DNA of 32,000 bases from an archaeon (GTDB taxonomy: Archaea; Iainarchaeota; Iainarchaeia; Iainarchaeales; 1-14-0-10-31-34), in assembly GCA_024277355.1 (NCBI GenBank), contig JAJRVL010000004.1, positions 300,001-332,000 on the forward strand, given 5' to 3'. This document shows, piece by piece, positions 22,035 through 30,262 of this stretch. Positions within the stretch are counted from its first letter, which is position 1. Each line of letters begins with the position of its first letter. Under the pieces are notes generated by a model. It did not search any database. It was given only the letters and a program-made list of their open reading frames with translations, and was not told the origin of the DNA. The position numbers and the translations under genes are program-made.

Positions 22035-24305
22035 CTAGTCTTCTTTATATTCAGCGTCAATTAATTTTCTTATTTCTTTAGCTTTTTTTTCGCCGATTTT
22101 ATCTGTTTTCATTAATTTTTTTTCATCAGCATTAAATATTTTTTTAACTGAACCAAATTTTTTCAGTAAATTTTTAGCTAAAGTTGGGCCGATTAAAGGC
22201 AGAGATTCAACTACAAACTGCTGTAATTCAGGAACAGACAATCCTTTTCTTCCCACTCTTAAACGAATTTCTTTTGCTTTACCTATTTGTTCCCGTTTAG
22301 CAATCAAATGAAGATAAGAAACAGTTTCTTTAACTGAATCAGAAAACAAAATTGGAACCTGATAATCCAATAAAATTGAACTTAAAGCGCCTTTAACTGC
22401 ATTTTCATGAATATTTCTTAAAGTAAATAATTCTTGTTTGTTTCCTTCAACAATCATTAAAGGTTTCTTGCAGTTAGCAGACAAATCAATTAACTGAGAA
22501 AATAATCTTCCATCTAACATTGAACTTAAAAAATCTTCAACAGTTTTTCTTTCAACGATTACTTCATCACTTAAAACATAATCTCCTATTTCTAATTGTT
22601 TTACTTTAACTGAAACATTTTCATACTGACTTAATTCTCTTACAGCATTTGATGCTTGTTCTCTTGAATCAACAAAAATTAAAATTAAATCTTTGTTGCC
22701 TGAAAAAGAATTCAAAGTTGTCTGAGAATCCATTTTTCTTGAATTATTTTCTTTGCTTAAATCTGAATTCATTGACTTCATTTTATTCAAAACAGATTTC
22801 ATTTTTTTTTCTTTTGCCATGCTGCTCCAGTAAAAAGCTTCATCTCTTGTAGCTTTAGCCATTAAAATAATTGTTTTTCCTTTAGATACTCTTCCTGTTC
22901 TTCCTCTTCTTTGAATAGTTCTTATTTCAGATGGAACAGGCTCAAAAAATACAACTAAATCAACTTCAGGAATATCAATTCCTTCTTCTGCAACCGAAGT
23001 GCAGATTAAAGCATTATATTTTCCTTCCCTTAAATCCTGTATAGTTTGAATTTGCTGTTTTTGATTCATTCCTTTGTCATTTTGTTTTGAAGCCTGCCCA
23101 ATAAATTTTTTTGCTTTAATTTCAGGAAAAACATTTAATTGTTTTTCAAGAAAAGAAGCTGATTCACGATAATGATTAAAAACTAAAACTTTACTTGCAG
23201 GATTTTCATTAAACTGTTTTTTTAATAAATTAATTAACTCTAAAAGTTTTGGGTGTTCAACTTTTTTTTCTTGTAACTTTTTTGCTAAAGAAATTGCTTT
23301 TAAAACAGATTTATCTGATAAAATAGATTTTGCAGCTTTAGTTTTCTGGTCTTTTTCTAATCTAAAAAAATAATCATTCAAAGAATTAATGCCTTGTGTT
23401 TCTAATAATAATTCTGCATGCGAAACTTTCAGTAAAGCTGCAAGTCTTGAAATTGCAGTAAACAAAGCAGGTTTTTTTTCTGGATCAGAAGCAATAGCTT
23501 TTCTTATTTTTGACTGCATTTCAAGCAAATCAATTTTTCTTATATATTGGACTGAAATACTTTTAGCAAAACCAAATTTTTTTAAAAAAACTAATTGTTC
23601 TTTCATGAAATTTCTAAGCAAAGCTTTAATTTCCAGAAATTCAGGAGGCAGATTAACTTTAATCCATTCAACTTCAATTTCATTTACATAAGGCATTACA
23701 TCTAAATCTTTTTCTGATTTAATTTCAATGTTTTTAATAAATAAATTCCTGCATACATCATCAATTCTTTCTTTTTTTCCGCCTGGAGAAGCAGTTAACC
23801 CTAAAATTAAACCTTTAGGATTTTGTTTCAGGTAATTTAATGCCAAAAAAACATAACTGTAATCTCCTACAGCTTTATGTGCTTCATCAAAAACAATCAA
23901 AGAAATTTCCTTGAAAGAAATTTTTCCCTGCAGTAAATCATTTTCAATTGACTGAGGAGTAGCAGAAATAATTCTTGAATTCTCCCATAAAGGAATTCTT
24001 TTAACTGAAGGAATTGAACCAGTCATTAAAGAAATTTGGTTTTCAGGCAAATTCAAAAATTTAATAAAAGAATTATAATGCTGTACAGCTAAAGGTTTAG
24101 TTGGAGAAAACATTAAAATTTTTTTTTCAGGTTGTTTTTCTAACAAAAAAGCTGAAACCATTGAAGCTACAATAGTTTTACCTAAAGCAGTCGGCGCTAC
24201 TACTAATGAATTTCCTTTCTCTAAAACTCTTGCAGTTAAAACTTCCTGATAAATTCTTGATTCAATTGAGTTTTCTTTAATTAAAGGATGCTTTACAAAA
24301 CCCAT
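22035..24305 (-). CDS. hef: Hef: SF2 helicase fused to an XPF/ERCC4 nuclease and an HhH2 domain
   Basis: It has APTALGKT (motif I), FDEAHKAV (DEAH), TASPG and QRRGRTGR (motif VI). The nuclease motif is GDYVLSDEVIVERKTVEDF (GDx(n)ERKxxxD). The C-terminus has tandem helix-hairpin-helix elements. Confidence 0.9.
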   Translation of the reverse strand: MGFVKHPLIKENSIESRIYQEVLTARVLEKGNSLVVAPTALGKTIVASMVSAFLLEKQPEKKILMFSPTKPLAVQHYNSFIKFLNLPENQISLMTGSIPSVKRIPLWENSRIISATPQSIENDLLQGKISFKEISLIVFDEAHKAVGDYSYVFLALNYLKQNPKGLILGLTASPGGKKERIDDVCRNLFIKNIEIKSEKDLDVMPYVNEIEVEWIKVNLPPEFLEIKALLRNFMKEQLVFLKKFGFAKSISVQYIRKIDLLEMQSKIRKAIASDPEKKPALFTAISRLAALLKVSHAELLLETQGINSLNDYFFRLEKDQKTKAAKSILSDKSVLKAISLAKKLQEKKVEHPKLLELINLLKKQFNENPASKVLVFNHYRESASFLEKQLNVFPEIKAKKFIGQASKQNDKGMNQKQQIQTIQDLREGKYNALICTSVAEEGIDIPEVDLVVFFEPVPSEIRTIQRRGRTGRVSKGKTIILMAKATRDEAFYWSSMAKEKKMKSVLNKMKSMNSDLSKENNSRKMDSQTTLNSFSGNKDLILIFVDSREQASNAVRELSQYENVSVKVKQLEIGDYVLSDEVIVERKTVEDFLSSMLDGRLFSQLIDLSANCKKPLMIVEGNKQELFTLRNIHENAVKGALSSILLDYQVPILFSDSVKETVSYLHLIAKREQIGKAKEIRLRVGRKGLSVPELQQFVVESLPLIGPTLAKNLLKKFGSVKKIFNADEKKLMKTDKIGEKKAKEIRKLIDAEYKED

Positions 24306-24475
24306 ACAAAAAAAAACAAGGAATTACATTAAAAACTAATCCAACTAAACTGCCGGTGAACTAAATTCAGCTAAAACAACAGAAAAAAGCTTTGAATTCA
24401 AAAAAAACCTTAAAAAAAGGATAAATTTTTAAATAAAGCAACCTTATTGTTTATTGACTAAAAGGAGGCGTTTTA

Positions 24476-24679
24476 ATGACTGAATTGCCTTTAGCAGCAT
24501 TAGATAGAATAATAAGAAAAAGTTCAGGTTTAAGAGTAAGCGAAAGTGCTTCAAAAGAATTAGGTTTATTTTTAGAAACAGAAGGAGAAAAAATTTCAAG
24601 AACTGCAGCAGAATTCGCAAAACATGCAGGAAGAAAAACAATTATTGATGCAGACATAAAATTAGCAGTAAAAAAATAA
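24476..24679 (+). CDS. Archaeal histone (HMf family)
   Basis: 67 aa. ELPLAALDRIIRK..RVSESA...ISRTAAEFAKHAGRKTIIDADIKLA is the histone-fold pattern. A GGAGG at 24464-24468 lies 7 nt upstream of the ATG. Confidence 0.9.
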   Translation: MTELPLAALDRIIRKSSGLRVSESASKELGLFLETEGEKISRTAAEFAKHAGRKTIIDADIKLAVKK

Positions 24680-24721
24680 TCACAGAATTTCCTTTAATTT
24701 TTTTAAAGCAATTTCCTGTAC

Positions 24722-25258
24722 TTATTTTTCACTTAAATTTTCTGTGTCAATAATTAAATTAAATTTTTCAAGTTCTTCTCCTAAAGTAAATCCATATAAT
24801 TTTTTGTAAATTTCAGCTGTTTTTTCTTCTTTTGATTTAATTGCTTTAAGTATTTCTTCAAAAGTTCTGCAGTTTCTTTTAGTAATTCTTTTTGCTCTTG
24901 TTTCAAGTGAAGCATTAAGCCAGATTTTAAATCCTTTTTTGCTTAAATAACCCATAGTCCATGAATCCATTACAATATTTCCTTGTTCAATAAATTCAAG
25001 TAATTTTTTATCTAATATTTTATCAAATTCTGATTGTTCAAGTCTTTTTTCAATTAATTTTCTTCCTTTACTGCTTTCCCATAAACCTTTATTTCCAATG
25101 TTATTTTCTTCAGTTAAATGAGTATTATTATTTTCAATTATTTCTTTTAACAAAGCAGAAGTATGAATACATTTTAAATTGAATTCTTCTGCAATTTTAT
25201 CAACTAAATTGCTTTTTCCTGAACCACTTAAACCAGAAACAATCACAACTTTATTCAT
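24722..25258 (-). CDS. cmk: Archaeal-type cytidylate kinase (or a related small NMP kinase)
   Basis: It has the P-loop SGLSGSGKS. The C-terminal part, IWLNASLETRAKRITKR....KEEKTAEIYKKLYGF..., resembles archaeal Cmk. Confidence 0.65.
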   Translation of the reverse strand: MNKVVIVSGLSGSGKSNLVDKIAEEFNLKCIHTSALLKEIIENNNTHLTEENNIGNKGLWESSKGRKLIEKRLEQSEFDKILDKKLLEFIEQGNIVMDSWTMGYLSKKGFKIWLNASLETRAKRITKRNCRTFEEILKAIKSKEEKTAEIYKKLYGFTLGEELEKFNLIIDTENLSEK

Positions 25259-25311
25259 ACAAAAAAAGGGTTTGTATTTGTATTTAAACTTTAGCTTTCA
25301 AAGAGTTTTTA

Positions 25312-26061
25312 ATGGACTCAAAAGAAAAATACAAAAAATTAGTTAAAAAAACAAAAGAATTCTTTGAAAAACAAAGGTTTCATAAAGCAGTAATTGGTTT
25401 AAGCGGAGGAATTGATTCCTCTTTAACTGCAAAAATTGTTTCTGACGCAATAGGCAAAGAAAATGTAATTGGAATAATAATGCCTGAAAAAACTAACAGT
25501 CCTGAAAGCAAAGAATATGCATTAAATTTAGCTGAACAAATAGGAATTAAAACAGTTGAAGTAAACATAAATGAATTTTTCAAGCCTTTTTATAAAATGC
25601 TTCCATGGGAACAAAACCGTGCATCAAAAACAAACTTAAAGCCAAGAATACGAATGATTGTATTATACAATTACGCAAACAAAAATAATGCTTTAGTAGT
25701 AGGAACATCCAATAAATCAGAATTAATGTTAGGTTATTTTACTAAACACGGAGACGGAGCAACAGATTTCACTCCAATCGCAGACTTATATAAAACAGAA
25801 GTGTTTGAAATAAGCAAAATAGCAGAAATTCCAGAAAAAATAATTCAAAGAAAACCTTCAGCTGAATTAGAAGAAAATCAATTTGATGAAGATGAATTAG
25901 GTTTAAGTTATAAAGAAATAGATGAAATTTTAATCAACGTAGAAAAAGGAAAACAAGAAAAAGAATTAATCGAAATGTTTGGAGAAAAAACAAAAAAAAT
26001 AATTGAAAGAATGGAATTAAACAAACATAAAACCTGCATGATAGAAAAAATTGAATTTTAA
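25312..26061 (+). CDS. nadE: NH3-dependent NAD+ synthetase
   Basis: It has the PP-loop GLSGGIDSS, TSNKSELMLGYFTKHGDG, DLYKTEV and PSAEL. Confidence 0.9.
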   Translation: MDSKEKYKKLVKKTKEFFEKQRFHKAVIGLSGGIDSSLTAKIVSDAIGKENVIGIIMPEKTNSPESKEYALNLAEQIGIKTVEVNINEFFKPFYKMLPWEQNRASKTNLKPRIRMIVLYNYANKNNALVVGTSNKSELMLGYFTKHGDGATDFTPIADLYKTEVFEISKIAEIPEKIIQRKPSAELEENQFDEDELGLSYKEIDEILINVEKGKQEKELIEMFGEKTKKIIERMELNKHKTCMIEKIEF

Positions 26062-26101
26062 CTGAAAAAACTATAAAAAAAATAATTAAAAAAATTAATT
26101 T

Positions 26102-26935
26102 ATGATTTTTATGTTAAGCAAAGAAATGAAACAAAAATTAATTTCTTTTGTAAAAGAAGACATCTCAAAAAAAGACATAACAACAGAATTAATTACAGAA
26201 AAAAAAGTTAACGCAGTAATTAAATTAAAAGAAAACTCAGTAATTTCAGGTTTAGAAGAAGCAGGATTTTTGTTTAATTATTTTGGAATTAAAACAAAAA
26301 TTTATGCAAAAAACGGAAAAAAATATTCAAAAGGAAAAATTTTAATTAAACTTTATGGAAGCAATAAAAAAATTCTTTCAACTGAAAGAACTGCATTAAA
26401 TATTTTAAGCAGAATGTCAGGAATAGCAGTAATTTCATTTAAAGCACAAAAAATCGCAGGGAAAAACTGTAAAATAATGTTAACAAGAAAAACATCTCCA
26501 GGATTAAATGAATTTGACAAAAAAGCAGGAAAAGAAGCAGGCGTTTTATCTCATAGAAAAAATTTAAATGCTGCTTTTTTAATTAAAGAAAATCACTTAA
26601 AATTTAATTCAATTACAGAATTAATTAAAAAAGCAAAACAAACAAACAAAAATAAAAAAAATAAAAAAATCATTGAAGTTGAAGTAAAAAATTTCAAAGA
26701 AATCAGGGAAGCCGTTCAGGCAAAACCAGATGTAATATTATTAGACAATTTTTCAGTTAAAAATGCAAAAAAAGCAATAAAAGAAATCAAAAAAACAAAA
26801 ATTAAAATTGAATTATCAGGAAACATTAATTTTTCAAATTTAAAGAATTATGCAGAATTAAAGCCTGATTTTATTTCAATGGGTTTTTTGACGCATTCAG
26901 TTAAAGGAATAAATTTAACTTTACTTTTAATTTAA
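26102..26935 (+). CDS. nadC: Nicotinate-nucleotide pyrophosphorylase [carboxylating] (quinolinate phosphoribosyltransferase)
   Basis: It has TERTALNILSRMSGIA, LTRKTSPGL, HRKNL..AFLIKENH, IEVEV and ILLDNF. Confidence 0.85.
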   Translation: MIFMLSKEMKQKLISFVKEDISKKDITTELITEKKVNAVIKLKENSVISGLEEAGFLFNYFGIKTKIYAKNGKKYSKGKILIKLYGSNKKILSTERTALNILSRMSGIAVISFKAQKIAGKNCKIMLTRKTSPGLNEFDKKAGKEAGVLSHRKNLNAAFLIKENHLKFNSITELIKKAKQTNKNKKNKKIIEVEVKNFKEIREAVQAKPDVILLDNFSVKNAKKAIKEIKKTKIKIELSGNINFSNLKNYAELKPDFISMGFLTHSVKGINLTLLLI

Positions 26936-26952
26936 TTTTTAAAGTGAAACAA

Positions 26953-27519
26953 ATGAAAATAGGTTTATTTGGAGGGTCATTTGATCCAGTGCATTTTGGG
27001 CATTTAATTTCAGCCAAACAAATAATAGACAAAAAAATATGCGATGAAATCTGGTTTATTCCCTGTTTTCAGAATCCACTCAAAAAAAAACCAACTAAAG
27101 CAGAACACAGAAAAAAAATGATTGAAATAGCAATAAAAAATGAAAAACAAATTAAATTAAATGAAACTGAATTAAATCAAAAAAAAACCACTTATACTAT
27201 TGACACTATTAAGAAACTCAAAAAAGAATTTCCTGAACATGAATTTTATTTTGTTATTGGAAGCAAAGTATTAAAAGAAATAAATGAATGGAAAGATTAT
27301 TTGGAACTGCTTAAAGAAGTAAAATTAATTGTTCTGCCTAATCCTTTCACTGAAATTCCTGAAGAAATAAAAAAATTTAATCCAATTGAATTAAATTCAA
27401 CTTTAAGCAGTAATATTTCTTCTACTTTAATCAGAAAAAAAATAAAAGAAAACAAAAATGTTTTAAGTTTACTTCCAGAAACTGTTTTTGATTATATAAA
27501 AGAAAATAAATTATATTAA
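26953..27519 (+). CDS. nadD: Nicotinate/nicotinamide-nucleotide adenylyltransferase, bacterial NadD type
   Basis: It has MKIGLFGGSFDPVHFGHL (the GxFxPxHxGH motif) and a C-terminal ISSTLIR. The listed ORF starts at GTG 26944, and ATG 26953 fits the family N-terminus. Confidence 0.85.
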   Translation: MKIGLFGGSFDPVHFGHLISAKQIIDKKICDEIWFIPCFQNPLKKKPTKAEHRKKMIEIAIKNEKQIKLNETELNQKKTTYTIDTIKKLKKEFPEHEFYFVIGSKVLKEINEWKDYLELLKEVKLIVLPNPFTEIPEEIKKFNPIELNSTLSSNISSTLIRKKIKENKNVLSLLPETVFDYIKENKLY

Positions 27520-27560
27520 TAACATAAATTTATTAAGTTGAAATAAACATATTTAATTAA

Positions 27561-28061
27561 ATGAAACCAAAAAAAAATATATCACTGCATAAAACAGCGA
27601 TTTTTAGTTTGTTAAAAAAAGCACCAGGTATTTCTACGCATTATGCATTAGAAATATTAAGCAAAAACGGAAAAAAAACAAATAAATGGACTTTTAAAAG
27701 AGCCAAAAACAAATTTTTTAAACAAGGACATCAGTTTGGAGAACACAGTGTTCTTGGAAGCAGAGACACTAAAATAGCTAAAAGACTTCATAAAGGAGAT
27801 TCACCAACTAAAGTTGCTAAAGATTTGCAGATTTCAAGAAGCACAGTATATAAGATTAGCGACATAATGGAACAATATGGAATTCCTGCTTCTTATTCAG
27901 CACGAAAAACAATTTTAAAAAAAGAAATTAAAGAAATATATGCTAAAAACCCTAAGATTTCTATTAAAAAAGTATTTGAAGAATTAAAGAAAAAACATAA
28001 AGAACTAAAAATATACACTGTTTCAAGAATAATAAGCCAGCAAAAAAACAAAAAAAAATAA
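27561..28061 (+). CDS. Basic multi-HTH DNA-binding protein that resembles the N-terminal part of a transposase
   Basis: GDSPTKVAKDLQISRSTVYKI is a resolvase/Tc3-like HTH. A second HTH-like segment is ISIKKVFEELKKKHKELKIYTVSRII. No DDE catalytic domain follows. Confidence 0.45.
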   Translation: MKPKKNISLHKTAIFSLLKKAPGISTHYALEILSKNGKKTNKWTFKRAKNKFFKQGHQFGEHSVLGSRDTKIAKRLHKGDSPTKVAKDLQISRSTVYKISDIMEQYGIPASYSARKTILKKEIKEIYAKNPKISIKKVFEELKKKHKELKIYTVSRIISQQKNKKK

Positions 28062-28073
28062 ATTTATTAAATA

Positions 28074-28385
28074 ATGCTGATTAAAATGAATTTCAATGAA
28101 AAAGTCTGGAAGAAAATTAAACTAATTCCTAAAGGAAAAATTTCAACTTATAAAGAAATAGCTAAAGCAATTGGAAACAAAAATTCAGCAAGAGCAATAG
28201 GAAATGCCTGCAATAAAAATCCTTTTGCTCCAAAAGTTCCCTGTCACCGAGTAATTAAATCAAACGGAAGTTTAGGCGGATTTGCATTTGGAACAAAACA
28301 AAAAATTTCTTTATTAAAAAACGAAGGAATTGAAATAAAAAAAGAAAAAATAATTGATTTTAAAGAAAAATTATTTAAGTTTTAG
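28074..28385 (+). CDS. Single-domain methylated-DNA-protein-cysteine methyltransferase (MGMT C-terminal domain only)
   Basis: It has IPKGKISTYKEIAKAIG, NACNKNPF.PKVPCHRVI (the PCHRV active-site Cys is present) and GSLGGF. Confidence 0.85.
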   Translation: MLIKMNFNEKVWKKIKLIPKGKISTYKEIAKAIGNKNSARAIGNACNKNPFAPKVPCHRVIKSNGSLGGFAFGTKQKISLLKNEGIEIKKEKIIDFKEKLFKF

Positions 28386-30167
28386 TTATAACTTGAATCT
28401 TTTTCTTTCTTCTTTTGTTTCTTCCCTTAAATAATTAATAAATTCATCTCTAAAATTAGAGATATCTAATACTTTGCCTGTTTCTAAAAAAGAAGTTATG
28501 TTTTTAATGAAAACATTACTGCCAATAATATCAGGCAAAATAACAAAATCAACTTTTTTTTCATAAAATTCCAATGCATCTCTTTTAGTTTTTGCTCTGG
28601 TAAAAATTGAAATTTTAGGGTTAATTCTTTTTGCTTTATCAACTAAATATAATGAATGCATTACTTCAGGAATAGCAATAACCAATAAAACAGCTTTAGA
28701 TAAATTAACTTTATTCCACACTTCATCATTTTCAATGTTTCCGCAGACAGAATTAAGTCCTAAATTAATTTGATTAAAAATTACATCCGGATCATGATCA
28801 ATTACTATTACATCATTATGTCTTCCAATTGCCTGAGCAATACTTGAACCCATTACTCCTGCGCCAACAATAATAATATGATTATTTAATTCAGTTTCTT
28901 CAGGAAGCCTTTCTAAGTCATTTAATTTATCAACAGACTGAAATTTTTTTGAAAACGGATGAAATAAAGCTGAAAGCCTTGAATAAAATCCTTCACTTGA
29001 ATTCATAAAATAAGGAGTCAAAGCCATAGTTAAAGCAGTAACAATAATTGTAATTGAAAAAATATCCTGAGGCAAAACTCCTTTGCCTCCATCAAAACCC
29101 TGTGCAGCTAAAATAAAAGAAAACTCAGAAATTTGAGCTAAAGAAAAACCAACCAATAAACCATTTCTTGTTCCATAACCGCCTATAACACTGACTAAAG
29201 CAAAAATTAAAGGTTTTAAAATCAAAACAACAAACAGCATTAAAACAGAAATCAATAAAATAAAATCAAGTGAATTAGAAAACACTAAAGTTAACTGAAC
29301 TCCTAAAGAAACAAAAAACACTGTAACAAAAAAATCTCTTATTCCTCTGATTTTTCCAACTAATTCTAAATTACTAGACAAAGAAGACAAACTTAATCCA
29401 GCTAAAAATGCTCCTACAGCAGGAGAAAAATCAAGCATTACAGACAAAAAAATAAAAACAAAACAAGTACTTAAACCGCTTAAAAATAATAATTCCTGGC
29501 TATTAGACGAATAAGAAACAATTTTTGAAAAAATATATTTTCCTAACAAAAAAGAAAGCAAAAGTAAAAGAAATCCTTTAATTATAATTGGAAAAATAAC
29601 AGGAAAAGAAAAAGCATTAGCTGACAAAACAGGCAAAGCTAAAACAATCAAAAAATCCTGCACTAACAAAAAGCCAATCATTAATCTTCCATGAAGAGTA
29701 TTTAGTTTATGTGAATCAGATAAACTTTTTATTACAACAGTAGTGGAACTAAAAGCCAAAATTAAACCTAAATAAACTGAAACAATAAAATCTAATCCAA
29801 TAAATTCAAACAAAAAAAAACTTATAACTGAAGTTAAAATAACCTGAGTTAAACTTCCAAGAAAAACAATTCGACCCATGTTTTTTAATTTATTTAAATC
29901 TGATTCAACTCCAACAGTAAACAACAAAAAAGCAATTCCTAATTCTGAAATCAAAGTAATGTCTTCCATGCCTGTAAGACCAATAAGATTTAATCCAATT
30001 GGCCCTATAATTAATCCTGCAACAATATAAGACAAAATTAAAGGCTGTTTTAAAACTCTGCCAATTAATCCAGTAATAGTCGCAAAAACTACAATTAGCC
30101 CTAATTCTGCAACTAACCCTAAACTATTCACAAAATTTATTCCAATAGAAGAAAATTGTTCAATCAT
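28386..30167 (-). CDS. CPA2-family monovalent cation:proton antiporter (Kef-type) with a C-terminal TrkA-N (RCK) domain
   Basis: About 12 TM helices with the Na_H exchanger pattern (ELGIAFLLFTVG), followed by the Rossmann motif IIIVGAGVMGSSIAQAI. Confidence 0.85.
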   Translation of the reverse strand: MIEQFSSIGINFVNSLGLVAELGLIVVFATITGLIGRVLKQPLILSYIVAGLIIGPIGLNLIGLTGMEDITLISELGIAFLLFTVGVESDLNKLKNMGRIVFLGSLTQVILTSVISFFLFEFIGLDFIVSVYLGLILAFSSTTVVIKSLSDSHKLNTLHGRLMIGFLLVQDFLIVLALPVLSANAFSFPVIFPIIIKGFLLLLLSFLLGKYIFSKIVSYSSNSQELLFLSGLSTCFVFIFLSVMLDFSPAVGAFLAGLSLSSLSSNLELVGKIRGIRDFFVTVFFVSLGVQLTLVFSNSLDFILLISVLMLFVVLILKPLIFALVSVIGGYGTRNGLLVGFSLAQISEFSFILAAQGFDGGKGVLPQDIFSITIIVTALTMALTPYFMNSSEGFYSRLSALFHPFSKKFQSVDKLNDLERLPEETELNNHIIIVGAGVMGSSIAQAIGRHNDVIVIDHDPDVIFNQINLGLNSVCGNIENDEVWNKVNLSKAVLLVIAIPEVMHSLYLVDKAKRINPKISIFTRAKTKRDALEFYEKKVDFVILPDIIGSNVFIKNITSFLETGKVLDISNFRDEFINYLREETKEERKRFKL

Positions 30168-30189
30168 TAATTAAAAAGACGTAAAAGAA

Positions 30190-30205
30190 GTATATAAAAC
30201 TTTTT
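30190..30205 (-). promoter_or_regulatory. BRE/TATA-like box AAAAAGTTTTATATAC (minus strand) about 28 nt upstream of the antiporter ATG
   Basis: It forms one arm of the 12-bp palindrome at 30194-30220. The spacing fits a leaderless or very short-leader transcript. Confidence 0.4.
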
Positions 30206-30220
30206 AAGAAAAAGTTTTAT
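30194..30220. repeat. Perfect palindrome ATAAAACTTTTT-AAG-AAAAAGTTTTAT between the cysS stop and the antiporter start
   Basis: A 12-bp stem with a 3-nt loop, and the best-preserved copy of the recurring palindrome family. Confidence 0.6.
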
Positions 30221-30262
30221 CAAAAAACGCTTTGCATAAACTTTTTAAAGAAATTAATTAAA

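Noticed and set aside
24331-24380. Repeated (A)ACTAAA words (24334, 24343, 24359, 24370) in the hef/histone divergent intergenic region, considered as a possible regulator array.
   Set aside because: The words are short (6-7 nt), A/T-rich and irregularly spaced (9, 16 and 11 nt). They cannot be told apart from chance in this base composition without genome-wide statistics.
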